64,000 bases of DNA from Schmidtea polychroa (Eukaryota): contig CM097885.1 of NCBI GenBank assembly GCA_044892525.1, positions 36,828,001 through 36,892,000 on the forward strand, read 5' to 3'. The translations under genes and the position numbers were made by a program. Below the pieces are notes generated by a model. It was not told the DNA's origin. It did no database searches and saw only the letters and a program-made list of their open reading frames with translations. Shown one piece after another: positions 50,536-63,360 of the stretch (positions within the stretch are counted from its first letter, which is position 1; every line of letters starts with the position of its first letter).

Positions 50536-53500
50536 CAGCGGTGTCCAACAGAAATTTGATTGTAGCCACAATCGTCAATTTAGAAATTTTCATTCGCCAC
50601 ATTAAAATAAATTTAAAACAAAATGTTTTATAATAGTTTTTTATTTTAATCAATTTTAGGAATTACACAAGTTTTTTTAATAACATTAAACACAAAATAC
50701 AAAAATTATTTAATGTGATGCTTGGCAATTTTTTTCTTGCACAATACCCTTGAAATCTGGTGGAAACCTCACGCTAACTGCACATTTTAATTCTGCCTCC
50801 AAATTTTCATCACTAATATTGGATCGGTATTTTGATTTTATGAAAGTTACAGCTGAAAAAGTAGATTCGCAAACCCAAGTTGTTCCAAACATACTCAATA
50901 GCTTCGCAATAGCTGAGTTGAGAACCACAAACTCATTTGACTTTAAGAGGCGTGTCCACATCATTAAAATAGATTCATCGTTTCTAGAATAATTGATCTG
51001 ACTTTGAAGTAAAAGCATATCTGCTTCAAAATCACGTCGGTCCAAACTTAGCAAATTCGCGATATCTTTAGACAACTCAGAATTGGTGATGTCAAAATGG
51101 AAAGGATCTTGCATCAGTTGAAAAGCAGGTCTAAATTTCTCAACATCAATAAAACGTTCTTCAAATTTTTCTTGTAGTTTCTGTAACCATCCGACATAAC
51201 GCTGTATATTAAAATTGGTATCTTCTTTATATTTTTCCATATTATCGAAATGCGTGAAATCATAATCTTTTAACTGTGTCACAAAAAGTTTAAATTTAGA
51301 GACAAATTCTCGTATATACTGTGCCAAATCACATATTAGCTTTCCTTTTCTTTGAAGTTTTAAATTTAATTCATTAATATGTAACGTTATATCAGTGAGA
51401 AAAATTAAATCGCATTACCATTCCTTATTTTCTATTTCAGAAAAATTGATAAGCATTTCTTTTTCTTGAAGGAAATTTCGGATGGGATTTAATAATGATA
51501 CAAATCGTTCCAAAACTTTACCACGACTTAACCACCGAACATTTGTAAAAAATAGCAGATCTTTAAATTCAGTGCCCTCAATTTCCTTTAAAAGCTCCAG
51601 AAACTGACGATGGTTTGTAGCACTACTACGAATATAATTAACAACTTTAACAACTAAATCCATCATATTTTTCAAAATGTCTGTTCCAGATAATTGAGCA
51701 CATATATTTTCCACATGTATCATGCAGTGGAAAGAAGCGACCAAGCATACGTGTGTTTGTTGTTTCAAAATACCGACAAATCCAGATTTTTGTCCAAGCA
51801 TCGCTGGAGCACCATCTGTTGTGACAGAAACTAATTTCGTCATATCTAATTGAAAGTCTTCAGCGACACTTTTGAAAATTTCAAAAATATCTACGCCTCT
51901 AGTACGGTCTTTCATTCCACGGATTGTCAACATTTCTTCATATATTTCCAAGTCTTTTGAAACCAGGCGTATCCAAAAAATTAACTGAGCAGTGTCTCGG
52001 ATGTCACATGACTCGTCTAATGCTAAAGAAAAACATATACAACTTTTCAAATGTTGGAGCAATTGCTTATTGATGTTTTTCATCAAGTCTTGCATTCTAC
52101 GAGCAATAGTTTGGTGACTCAATTGCATGTTTTCTATTTTTTGCATTATATCTTTCTTCAAAGGTTCTTCATAATTTTCAAGTAAAATTTCCATAATAGA
52201 CAGGACAATCTCTTTGATTGGTTCTCCATCCGAAAAAGGTTTTCTTTTTTGAGCTAAAATCCAAGCCGTTTTGTAGCTAGCCAAAGTAATAAGTTCGGAT
52301 GTAGTTAAAAACCGTTTAAAAAAAGATTGCTGTCCATCTAATTTTGACTTTAAGCGAGTTATTTCATTCGTTCTAACTTGCTTGCCGACAGGAAACTTAC
52401 AATCAAATTCACTATGCATTTGTTGATAATGCTTTTTTATGCTGTCCACTTTATTGTCATTAAAAGTTTTGTTACACAATATACATACAGTTTTTTGGTT
52501 TTGTTCCATTACAGCAAATTCTAGTTCCCATTTACCATTAAATTTGCGGCAAACCTTTTTCCAATCTCTTTTTTGGGTTCTAATTGAGTTGAACCAGTTG
52601 CTTCTTCTTGCCTAGCTGAACTATCAGTATCGGAATGTCGTTTTAAATATTTATCCATTTTTTACGGTGAAATAATTTTAATATAATTTCAAAAGAATAA
52701 TATGTAATATTTAAAGTCGCACGTTAGTTGTTTATTTAACAAAAACAAACATGAGACTAATACATGGGATTCATACAACGGGAAAACAAACCAAAAAAAA
52801 CGCCTACTTTGATGAAAATGTCATTTGTTTTTAAATTTTAAAAAAGCGTTTTCACAAATAGATAAAGTGTAATCACAAATAGATAAGAAGCACATTTTGG
52901 CATAAAATTTTTTTTTGTTTTCTTCTGTTTACTACTTGTAACAAAATTATAATAAATTAGGAATTAACTTAAACAATGATAAATATGAATGAGAGTGCAG
53001 ATACTTAAAACATCCTACTGTCTCACTATGTGTACGTACGTAATGTTAGTTGGAACATAGTGCATTGGTTGGAAAAAGCAGTCTATATATAAATTTACAG
53101 AAAAGTACTGCTGTCTACATCTATTACATTCATAACGCTAACATAGTGTTTTTCGGTATACGACAGGTATACGGTTACTGACTGAGTTGCTACATAGTAT
53201 AATGAGAGGAAAGAGGTAGATTAATATAGTTTTTGTAGAATGTAGAGCTATCTCCTTTTTTTTCATTGTAACCCAATTGTAAACAACAGCAATGCAGGTA
53301 AATAACAATAATAATCATTTAAATTACTTTAGTTTATCTGAAAACACCTAAATTAATTAAAAACGAAATTTTAGTTCTTAATAAACAATCACATGACACT
53401 ATGTGTACGTAAATTTGACACACCGGGATCTGCCATGAGCATTTCTTAGCATGTAAGATTACAAAATAAAAATTTGTCGTTGTTTATGTTTTGGTTACAA

Positions 53501-53619
53501 CTTTGTATTATGGATAGAATTGAAGTATTAAATAAAACATAAAAAAAATGCTACATTCGCCACAAGCACATAGCCCACTCGCCACATGTGGCGAGTGGCG
53601 ACTGTGTTGGACATCACTG
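50536..53619 (-). mobile_element. Buster/Charlie hAT transposon, complete
   Basis: TIR CAG(C/T)G(G/A)TGTCCAACA, TSD CTCTAGAG (50528-50535, 53620-53627). Confidence 0.95.
50710..52658 (-). pseudogene. Near-intact hAT transposase (one frameshift, one nonsense codon)
   Basis: LDESCD, TTDGAPAM, HCMIH, NVRWLSRG and TTWVCESTFS. In-frame TAA at 51415-51417 and a frameshift near 52560. Confidence 0.9.
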
Positions 53620-53697
53620 CTCTAGAGGATACTTTATAATAAAAACGTTAAATGAAAATGGTACATGTAAGAAATTTTTTAAATTATATAAAACATT

Positions 53698-53965
53698 TTA
53701 TTTCAAGTTAAAGACATCTGTGTAGTATGATTTACGCATTTCAGCTAATAATATGTGGACGGATTGATCTTTTTTAAAGTCCTGACAGCATGGACAACCA
53801 TTGGGGTATGACAATCTCCTGGATTCTTTGCAAACAATACCATTTTCAATGCATCTAGTGTCAGATCTTAGAATTATGTCGTAGTGCAACTCTAAAAGTT
53901 GTTCTATATTAATACCTTTGAAGCGAAATATTTTATTTATAAGTAACTCTGGTGCATAATAATCT
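53698..53965 (-). other. Unknown intronless coding remnant with CPCC motif next to the TBP-like gene
   Basis: Open frame TIDYYAPELLINKIFRFKG...LHYDIILRSD...NGCPCCQDF; no family recognised. Confidence 0.35.
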
Positions 53966-54141
53966 ATGGTATTTCTTATTCCTGGCTATAATTCTTGAGT
54001 CTTCTTTAAAATTACTTCAAATGAGTAAAATAGATTTAAAGATTATAAAGAAATTATAAATAAAAATATATTCTTTACCTTTTGATATTTTTCTAATTAC
54101 TAAAAACAAAATCAATACAAACAAAATTAATTAATTAACAT

Positions 54142-54557
54142 TTAAATTTCTGATATAATGTTATCTACATAGTGATTATAGTCTAAAGTTTATATTCCAA
54201 GTATTACAACCTTCCCACTTGAAAAGACATTAACATAAACTGGATTATATTTTTGAAGACGTAAGGCAGGAAATATTTCTGGTTCAAACATACATTTAGC
54301 TTTATGTTGTAATTCGAATAAATTTATAAATTTACCGATATCAGCAGTTACTGTAATGGACTGAATTTATAAATCTTGTGTCCTAATTTAAGAGGTTGCT
54401 TGCATCCCATTATCCGACATTTACCCGACTTGAAATATATAATTGGAAACTTTCCACTTCTATCCACAACTTGTTGGGGTTTGCCTAATGGGAATTTCAT
54501 GTTTTTGACTAAACATTTACCTTTATAATTAATGTTGCTCTATATTAATGAAGTCAT
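54142..54557 (-). pseudogene. Divergent TATA-binding-protein (TBP)-like gene
   Basis: Repeat 2: IQSITVTADIGKFINLFEL...MFEPEIFPALRLQKYNPVYVNVFSSGKVVILG vs TBP IQNMVGSCDVKFPIRLEGL...[32 protein letters not shown]. Shortened repeat 1: IIYFKSGKCRIMGCK. Two stops and one frameshift. Confidence 0.8.
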
Positions 54558-55006
54558 TTAATAAAATTTAAATAATTTTTATATACTTTTAATAATAAAT
54601 TTAAACAAATATAAACAATAATATTAATGAAATGAGATTAATTAAAATGGAATTAAGAAATAATGCCGTTTATCAAATTGTAGGTCCTAGTGTTAGAGGG
54701 AAAACTTTATTTGTTTGTAAATTATTACAATCGAATATGTGCAAATCAAAATTTAATAAAATATACTGGCATAAAGGAGCTGATGACGAGCATGTTATGA
54801 CACAAGATCAGTTTTGTAAATTAAAAATGAATATAATGAAGGGATTTGATAAAAATTGGTCATCTAGATTATATCAAGGTGATGTTATAATTACTGTTGG
54901 CGTATGAGGGGAGAACGGAAAAATAAAAATTCATCATCAGCTGTACCATCACGTGTATTCAACTCAGATCTTCCCCGATCATACTCCAATTGACTTCACG
55001 AATATT

Positions 55007-55147
55007 CCCTCATGTGAGCCCGTGGCGATGTTCCACGTTGGTAGTGCCCACACGGGTTGGAGTTGGCTAACAGGTGAGCCCCTGTCTTAGGACTACTGAT
55101 AACCCGCTCACGGTTCAGGTTCCATGGTGCCTTAGAAGGACTTACCC
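55007..55147 (-). ncRNA. Conserved structured RNA motif, copy D
   Basis: AGTCCT-AAGAC-AGGGCT-CAC; GTGTGGGC-ACTACCAA-CGTG..CACG-G-GCTCACAT. Confidence 0.8.
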
Positions 55148-55444
55148 CTATTCATACATCAACCACGGTCCGGTCCTGGTCCAAGGGATCGACCTTTATC
55201 CTGACTACATTCATCTCACAGCATTATTTCGTTTATCCTGATTTCAAAATCAAACATACGGGAACTTCACAAGTCAAAATCGAACAGAAAAATAATATAT
55301 TGACACCGAAAACACAAAAGAAAAAATTACATCGTGACCAATGATAGATTAACAACATTCGATCAATTTGCACATGCAGCATTATCAACGTTTGCAAGTC
55401 GAATCACAACCCGAAGAGAAATCGAGATCGAACGTAGATCGTTT

Positions 55445-56150
55445 CTAGGCAAAGTTTTCTCCGTCGGCGATTATCTCATCGATGTCGACAGGCAATCGAC
55501 AATCCGATATGAATCTGATGCCGTTGGCCGGGACAATCCGGAAGACTTCCTTCGAGGGGATCGAATGGGTGGATGATATTTCCGTTATTTTTGACTGCGC
55601 TGCAGACAATGATGCTTCGAGCGCCTTTATCGCATTTCTCCGTTTTTCATTCTTCTCGGCCCTGGTCGGGTGTTTTCGTTTGCGAGGTGGTGGATTTTCT
55701 CCTACAGCCGTAGTGACGGTAGGTGCCACTAGAACCGGGGCCAGAATTGGGTCAGACGGAAATAGGTAAATATCCCTTTCATAGGTAAATATCCCGACAG
55801 CACTGGGGCTGGGATGGGCGGTAGATGTGAACCGTGCCCTTGACAAATTGTGGTAGAAGTGGTAGAAGACTGATGGTGGAGAGGAAAAACGTTTGTTCCG
55901 TCGACGACAGGAAATTCGTGCACTCGCTTGGCTAGTTCTGCCTCCGTATAGACTTTATGGAGGGCTTCGGACTGGGCCTTTATTGTGAGCCTTTGGCAGC
56001 GGCTCTCTTCCAGTAGGCTGTCCCTACAGTGTTCTAATCTGAGGATCTTAGCCCTCTCCTCCTTCATTTGTGGCGGGGAGAACCACGTACCTTCGTAAAG
56101 ATCGATCCTCTTCTTGAGGGCCCCGATGTACAAGTGCAATTGAGCGATGT
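55445..56150 (-). pseudogene. LTR accessory protein of unit D, N-terminus deleted, one frameshift
   Basis: DIAQLHLYIGALKKRIDLYEGTWFSPPQ..., PPRKRKHPTRAEKNEKRR, VDIDEIIADGE; frameshift at a short duplication near 55780. Confidence 0.85.
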
Positions 56151-56589
56151 CCTTGAGCGATACTTGAAGTCACCAGAGGGTACAGTCGTCGGCACCCTGA
56201 AGAAAAGCCGTTTCTGTTTTCAAATAAATTTATTGAATGAAAATTATTCTTGTTATTTACAAAAATTACCAAAGTCAATCATAAATATCTACTAAATTCA
56301 ATCATATTCATCATAAAACTAAACCATAAATAATTTAACATACTTCGCGTTTGAATAACTAGATTAAATCGGTTAACGTTAAAGTTTTCCTGAATAAGTC
56401 TACTGATAGTTCGCTATGAGTTTCTTCCTAGAATAGATTTAGTCGTCTTTGAATTAGTCCTCCGTAATAATTCGTAAGTTAAGTTCTGCAATCTGCAATC
56501 GTGGATTAAAAAGTGGTATTCTTCTAACTCAAAACTTTTACCTGCAATCGTGGATTAAAAAGTGGTATTCTTCTAATTTTCCACGTTGC

Positions 56590-56615
56590 TTATATACCAT
56601 TTTTCGTCCAATCAG
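56590..56615 (-). promoter_or_regulatory. LTR promoter CCAAT+TATA (unit D)
   Basis: CTGATTGG, 11 nt, TATATAA on the minus strand. Confidence 0.75.
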
Positions 56616-57421
56616 GACTCAGTTAGGTTGTAATTTTTAATATTTATTATTATTTTATGTTTTTATAATATATTAGCTTTTAATAACTTAACTTATTTCT
56701 TATTATTATTTTATTTATTTTTATTATTTTTATTATTTTTCTCCTATTTTTCCTGCTGATTTATGGCTACTTTATTGCCATATTATTTTTTGTTTTAATT
56801 AGGCTTCAAGATATTTTTATTTTTATTTATTGCTTTAATTTCTCGTTTATTTTCTCTCACTTTTTCGCTTATTCTATTTCTACTCTATCCACTGTGTGTT
56901 TTAACTCATTTCTCTTATGTCCTATTTCTAATTCTTAAGGGTTTTATTTATTCATTACCTATCCTATTTCTTTTTATGGGTGTTTTATTGTTTTCTCCCG
57001 ATTTATTACCGAGGTTTGGTGGTAATTTATTTTTTATTACATTTCGTTTATTTTTCGAGGTTCGTTTTCCCGATTCAACCCAGTTTTTCTCCACTTCAAA
57101 ATTTAGCCCAACATTACTGATGATTTATATCAGGAAGCAAATAAAGAGAAAGATTTTAATAATTCCGATTCTGACATTCTGCTTGATCCCATATCCATTC
57201 CTCATCATGGATGCTCAGTTGCTCCCCTAAAATTCTTAATTACTTTGGTATGGCGCAGCAAACAGTTTATTAACTATCGAGATATATATTTGAAATTTCC
57301 GCACACTCACAGTTAACTATTCAATTTATTTTCGATCATCAAAATTTTCTCTGGCTACGTGGATCACTCCTAATCAGTCAGTCTGGTTGTTTCCTCGTGA
57401 AAGGTCATCTCAGTTTAATTA

Positions 57422-58321
57422 CACCAAACCCCACTGAGATACGTTCTCTATAGTGGTGGTTTGCGTGTAGAGTGATTGCTCACTCACCAATTTACTGATG
57501 TTGATGATAAATTGTTGTTTAGCAAAGTTGTCAGTAATTTGTTTTACGTATGTTTTACATCATGAAATTTATTTTAGCCATTTTAGAAATGGTTTTCAGG
57601 TAAGATATTAAATTTAAAGTAAATTTTAAGACTTGAATTTTGATCCATATGGATATGAGATCATTATTCAAGTTCTTAAATATTACTTTTAATCAACAAT
57701 ATAATTATAAATTATTTTTAATTAATTTTCAGGCTTTTTTTAGGAATTTTATGTCTTTTATTAAAGTATTTTGGAATTATTTCGAAAAAATGTGAGTCCT
57801 ATATATTTTTAATTATAATTAATTAAATAAATAAATCAATCAATGTATTTTTTTAAAACATTTTGGGAAAAATCGCTGATTAGAATAATTTTTTTAATTT
57901 TTGTAATTTTTTTTTCTGAGCTCAATATGAGGGGATTCTTAAAGGAAATCAAATCTGGAGTAAAAAGATTTTGAACCAAATTCATCTGCTCTTGATATTT
58001 TCATTAAAAATATAATTTAAAAAATTTTCAACGATCTTTTTTTTCTAAAAATTGTCTAAAATAGAATTATTATAGAAACGTATCTCATCGTTACAATTTT
58101 ACGAATCAAAAGTTTGTATGTGTTTTTTATTATGTGTTGTGCTTGTGTGCATTTTTTAATTTTCCTTCCACTTTTCAGATTTCTATAATATAAGATGTAT
58201 CTCATTGAGCTATAAATGAGAACATCAACGTGAAATCAAAGTAAGTATGTATGTTTCTATAATGTAAGATTATTGATTTTTTTGTTATATTATAGGAAAT
58301 GCATCTCAGTGGTGTTTGGTG
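57422..58321. mobile_element. Non-autonomous TA-flanked DNA transposon (~900 bp)
   Basis: TA-CACCAAACCCCACTGAGAT ... ATCTCAGTGGTGTTTGGTG-TA (18/19 inverted match). Confidence 0.65.
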
Positions 58322-59299
58322 TACTAACGGGGATTGGAATTAGTCATTGCTTTACCTCATAAATTCTTGTAGGTCAATCTAGTTAATTTCTGGAATTTTA
58401 ATTATGTTACAAGAAACCATTTACCACCGGGCCTAAATTGAAACCACGTGAAGTAAGGTAGAGTAGTTAAATGTTGATTCAAAATATATTTAGTAGTTTA
58501 GAGCTAGTCGATATTCGGTTTGAACTTGTTTAACCCAGATCGTTGGTTGGCTTGATTTAAGTCTATTAGGACCATCGAGATTTATGTTAATCTTTGAACA
58601 TAATGAAGGGGTAGTTCTTCCGTTGCTAAACCGTTTATATTTATTAAGATCAATTCTAACGCAAAATCTCGTGGAACATTCATTTTTGTTTGGGCAATAA
58701 TTTTTATTTTCAATCACGATCGCAAAGAAGAAATATCTATGCTTAAGTCAAAATTCAAGATTGGATGGTTTATTTTTTTGCTGGAAAAGCTCAGCCTTAA
58801 CCAGCAAGTGGATTTGATTAAAATAAAATTTGATTTTTTTAAAATTTTATTTGTCTAACCCTCCCTACACGATTAGTGAGTCAATACTGCACAAAGATAC
58901 TATTGAAATGTCCGATGTATCTGATGATTAGTTATCAATTAGAGTTATCATTAATGTTCTCTTAATGGTTTATTGTAGTGTACATAAAGTTAAGTCTATT
59001 AGGGTTATCAGCCAATATGACGCCGGGAAACATACCCTTAGTGGTTTGCATGATATAAAATTGAATGGTGATTTTTGATATTACGTCTACCACTTACACT
59101 ATAAGTCTGATTAATTAGTAAAAGTGTTTGATTTCTGGGTCGGCTCGACACAGTACGTCGAAGCACTAATGATTTGTAAGAAATCGCAGCTACATCCGAA
59201 CCAAAAAGCCCGTTGTAACCACAAATAAATTACTTAAAATTATGTTTATTACCAAGCACAGTTTTATTAACTAAGTTGGTCATCACGAAGTATCTTCAG

Positions 59300-60339
59300 G
59301 CAGATACACTACACCGTATACACAGCGCAGTCAACCGCCACTCCGGATTGGTAATCATTTTGCTTCTTGTGTTTGCAGGTTGAGGACCCATATCACAGTA
59401 TAGATGCCGGGTCGGTTGGGATCTCGTGTTGAAATTGTCATCAACGGAAGTCTCAGCCAATCTCTCTAGATCATTGATGAAAATTGAAGATAAAAAAAAG
59501 ATTATTTTTAAGCATGATAAAACATATATTAATGAAAGTTCCTTACTTATTGATTTCTTCCAAAAATTACACAAAATAAATTTGGCAAAATAGAGTGTGT
59601 CTTTGTAACTGAAATGCGTCGCTATATATTTTTGGTGTGCGAGTTTGTGTGTATGTATTTATGTATTAGTATAGTAAAACAAATCAGAATTATTTTAATT
59701 CTAGAATTTTTGATTTTTATTAATTTTCATGGCGATTTTTTGGCAATAATTTTTGTTTTATTTTTCAAAATTTTATTTTGTAATTATTTTTTTTCTAAAT
59801 TTGCCTCCATGATGGATTAGGGTATTTCCAGAACATGCCATGTTAAATTTAATCTAATCCTTAATTTTGAAAATTTTTTTTGTAAATTTTTTTAAAAATT
59901 TTTATATTTTAATTAACATATTTATATTTATAACTTTTAATAGGTCGTTTGGCGGCCATGATGGATTTCATCATTTTTATGGATTGTTCTGGGTTTTATA
60001 ATTGAAATTTGCTGTAGTTTTCTCTAAAGAAGTTTCTTATGAAGTTTTTATTTAATTTTCTCTTTAATTTTTCAAATCACCATTATTCGGATTTGTTTTC
60101 GGTTGTTTGTATCTTTTTCTGTTATGAGTAAGATTTTGTCAATACTTCTTGTTGGGTTTCATTTTATTTTTATTTAGATGTTTTAATTTTTGTGTGTTGT
60201 TTTCTAAATTATTATTGTTCAATTGGTGTTTTATATGTTTTGATTTTAATTAAACTTAGTGCTGAATTGCAGGTTGTGTACCGACACATTTTAGTCACAA
60301 ATTTAGTTTTTCGGTCTAGAAATCAATTTTAGCCCAATA
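59300..60339 (-). mobile_element. 5' part of another LTR unit (A-like), 3' end not found
   Basis: Start TATTGGGCTAAAATTGATTTCTAGACC resembles the unit A start TGTTGGGTTAGAACTGATATCTAGACC; shares the AATCCATAAAA..ATCCATCAT block; TATA near 59620. Confidence 0.55.
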
Positions 60340-62335
60340 TGATTTACGTGTTAGAACAGATAATTTCAATGAAAAAGGTGTTACGATTTATAAACAAAAA
60401 TGAAATACTTTATTATTATTTAGAATGTCATTTTAAAAAGTTATGGTTCAACGTGAACAAGTTACAAAGCAGGAATCTTATCTTAAGTTAGTTAAATTTT
60501 TCCTTCCTGAATTTTCGAGTAAATTTTTCATATTATTCACTATACATGGTGTCGTAGTGACGCGAAGGTTCAACTTCTTTGGTACTGCGATTGTTTGCTG
60601 ACATATATAAAACACTGAATTTTATCCTTGACCTCAGTGAAAAAATATAATTTCTCCCACTTTCCTTGGAAAACCCTTTTTTCATCAACTAGTTTTCTTT
60701 TTTAACATAACGAAGTCATTTGAAATGAATAAATAAGTTAAATAAATAAATTAAATAAATAAGTTAAATAAATGAACAACCGATTTTTTTTATTTTTCGA
60801 TAAAATTCATAAGAATGCCGTAACTATGCTTTTATTAATTTGCAAGCAAGTAAAAATTTCCAAATTAAAATAATTTGAAATTACGTTTTAATTTGTTAGC
60901 CAATTGCGATTTTATTTATATTTTACTAAAACTTTTCACTTGAATATTTAGTTCAATTTAACAGAAGAAATATTTGTGAGGCGAATATAAATCATTCGAT
61001 AATTATTAGTGGGAAAATAGATATTGAGAATCCGGGGCTGTTGATTATTCAAATTATTCAGATAAAGATTATTTAATACCTAAATTATTACATATCAAAC
61101 GATGAAGTTGACTGAGAAATAATAACCAAATCTTTTAATAAAGTTTTGGCTGAGTTATTTATGATTAATTTTATTTTAATGAAGATTCTTACCACCTGAG
61201 AATAATTTTATCAAAGCTTTCTTCATTTATTTCATTGTTTAAAGATTAATTCTTTATTTTCCACCCTAAAATAATTTTATCAAAGTTCTTATTTTGAGTT
61301 GTGATAATTTGACTGATTTAGTTTGATGGAGTTATTGTTACTTCGTTTTATTATATGTAGTCTGAGTTTATCCGACAGGATGTTTTGTCCCCCTTTTGGT
61401 CGTAGGGGTACTAGCCGTAAATCATCTTCAGTTTCATTTGAATAATTATTTAGGCAAATCTTGGTGTTTTCAATGACATTTTTAGTGTTGATGTTTGATG
61501 GTTTTAGAAAATATTTGTGAATTTGATGTTGACTGAAAGAATATTCAAGGTTTTAATGATTATTCTAATAAATTTAATTGATAAATTTAATTAATTTGTT
61601 GTATTTTATTGACCTGTTTTTTAATTATAATTTCATTAAAAATTATTTAAATGATAGGTTAATAATCAAGCGATAGTATTAATTTTTGATGATATTCAAT
61701 TTGACTAAATGATTTTTTCAATAACTATATATTTTCTAAGAATATATCCACGAATCAATTAGATGAACTTTTAAATATTGCTAATCTTAACATGATGGAA
61801 ATTGTGATTTATTTTGAATATGTTATAATTGCTTGAATATCATTAGGGAAATCAATAACAGTTAAAGAAAATTCATATTTTTGATGAATTTTAACATTTT
61901 CTATGGGTTTTGAGAGGATTGACTGAATTATTAAGAGATATACGACCTGGAATAGGTTGAATCTTTGGTGAAATTGTCGGTTGTATATTTAAAGGGGTAG
62001 AAATATTTCTTGGGGGATCGGTGGAAATGTTTTGAATATCTCTATTTAAATGGAAAATTTTCTTATTGGTAAAATGTTTCAAGGGAAATAGTCAGTATTT
62101 AGCTATGAATCAATCCTGTGAAATTATATCGTTTTAGAGGTTTATTAAGTTGTGATGAATGTTATTGTATAGTAATTTAGATTTATAACGTTTTTATTAA
62201 TTTTCTATTAATTATCCACGGTTTTATTGTTTAGGGTTAGTAGGTAGATAGTAGCTCCCCGCAGCAATGACCCCCCCGGGGGGGAGGGGTTCTGCTGCCG
62301 TAATTTTTTTGCTGCAACTTTTGATTACGCAATTT

Positions 62336-63360
62336 TTCAGACTATAGTGAGGGGGTCTCGATGGTCCTGGGATTTTCAATACAAAAAAATTTTTTCAATA
62401 CAAAAACGATGGTCCTGGAATTTTCAATACAAAAAAATTTTTTCTATACAAAAACGATGGTCCTGGGATTTTCAATACAAATAAAATTTTTTCAATACAA
62501 AAATCCGACTACCACTAAAAAAGCCAAGGAATTTTCAGACTATAGTGAGGGGGTCTCGATGGTCCTGGGATTTTCAATACAAAAAGGCGGTCTCACTAAA
62601 AAAGCATAGAATTTTTCAGACTATAGTGAGGTGGGTCTCCTTGGTCCTGAGAAAAAGGTGGTCTACACTAAAAACGTGGTAATTTAAGGTCTCAGGATAT
62701 TTTCAATACAAAAATCCGACTACCACTAAAAAAGCATGGAATTTTCACACTATAGTGAGGGGGTCTCGATGGTCCTGGGATTTTCAATACAAAAAATTTT
62801 TTTCTATACAAAAATCCTACTATCAATAAAAAAGCCAAGGATTTATCACGCTATAGTGAGGTGAGTCTCCTTGGTCCTGAGAAATAGGTGGTCTACACTA
62901 AAAAAGCATGGTAATTTAAGGTCTCAGGATATTTTCAATACAAATAGGTGGTCTACACTAAAAAAGCCAAGGATTTTTCAGACTATAGTGAGGGGGTCTC
63001 GATGGTCCTGGGATTTTCAATACAAATAAAATTTTTTCAATTTAAAAACGATGGTCCTGGGATTTTCAATACAAAAAATTTTTTTCAATACAAAAACGAT
63101 GGTCCTGGGAATTTCAATACAAAAATCCGACTACCACTAAAAAAGCCAAGGATTTTTCAGACTAAAGTGAGGCGGGTCTCCTTGGTCCTGAGAAAAAGGT
63201 GGTCTACACTAAAAAACGTGGTAAATTAAGGTCTCAGGATATTTTCAATACAAAAATCCGACTATCACTAAAAAAAGCACAGATTTTTCGAATTAAATTA
63301 AGGTGGGTCTCCTTGGTCCTGAGAAAAAGGTGGTCTACACTAAAAAACGTGGTAAATTTT
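62336..63360. repeat. Composite satellite (higher-order repeat)
   Basis: Shuffled modules CAGACTATAGTGAGGGGGTCTCGATGGTCCTGGGATTTTCAATACAAA and GGTCTCCTTGGTCCTGAGAAAAAGGTGGTCTACACTAAAAA. Confidence 0.9.

Larger units (their letters stand above)
54895..57113 (-). mobile_element. Solo-LTR-like unit D, 2219 bp (B-subfamily with internal deletion)
   Basis: TGTTGGGCTAAATT...CATACGCCAACA on the minus strand, TSD TTAC (54891-54894, 57114-57117). Confidence 0.95.
54647..57165 (+). pseudogene. Polinton/Maverick-type (A32/FtsK-like) packaging ATPase split by LTR unit D
   Basis: Walker A QIVGPSVRGKTLFV and IYW. Removing 54895-57117 rejoins Walker B in frame as DVIITDDLYQE; truncated shortly after. Confidence 0.75.

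Noticed and set aside
53698-53889. Polinton pPolB fragment (HYD + Cys)
   Set aside because: No exonuclease or polymerase motifs; kept only as an unknown ORF.
56214-56343. 130-nt intron directly ahead of the unit D ORF
   Set aside because: The apparent acceptor is homologous to the 3' end of the antisense gene in unit B; the proximity results from an internal deletion.
59130-59230. Hammerhead-like or family RNA motif (TCGAC/GTCGA hairpin, CTAATGA..GAAA)
   Set aside because: The required hammerhead stems do not form, and the GCUCAC and ACCAA cores are absent.
62336-63360. CRISPR-like array
   Set aside because: Eukaryotic context, no unique spacers, no cas genes; it is a modular satellite. 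ORFs 62361, 62948 and 63199 are repeat artefacts.
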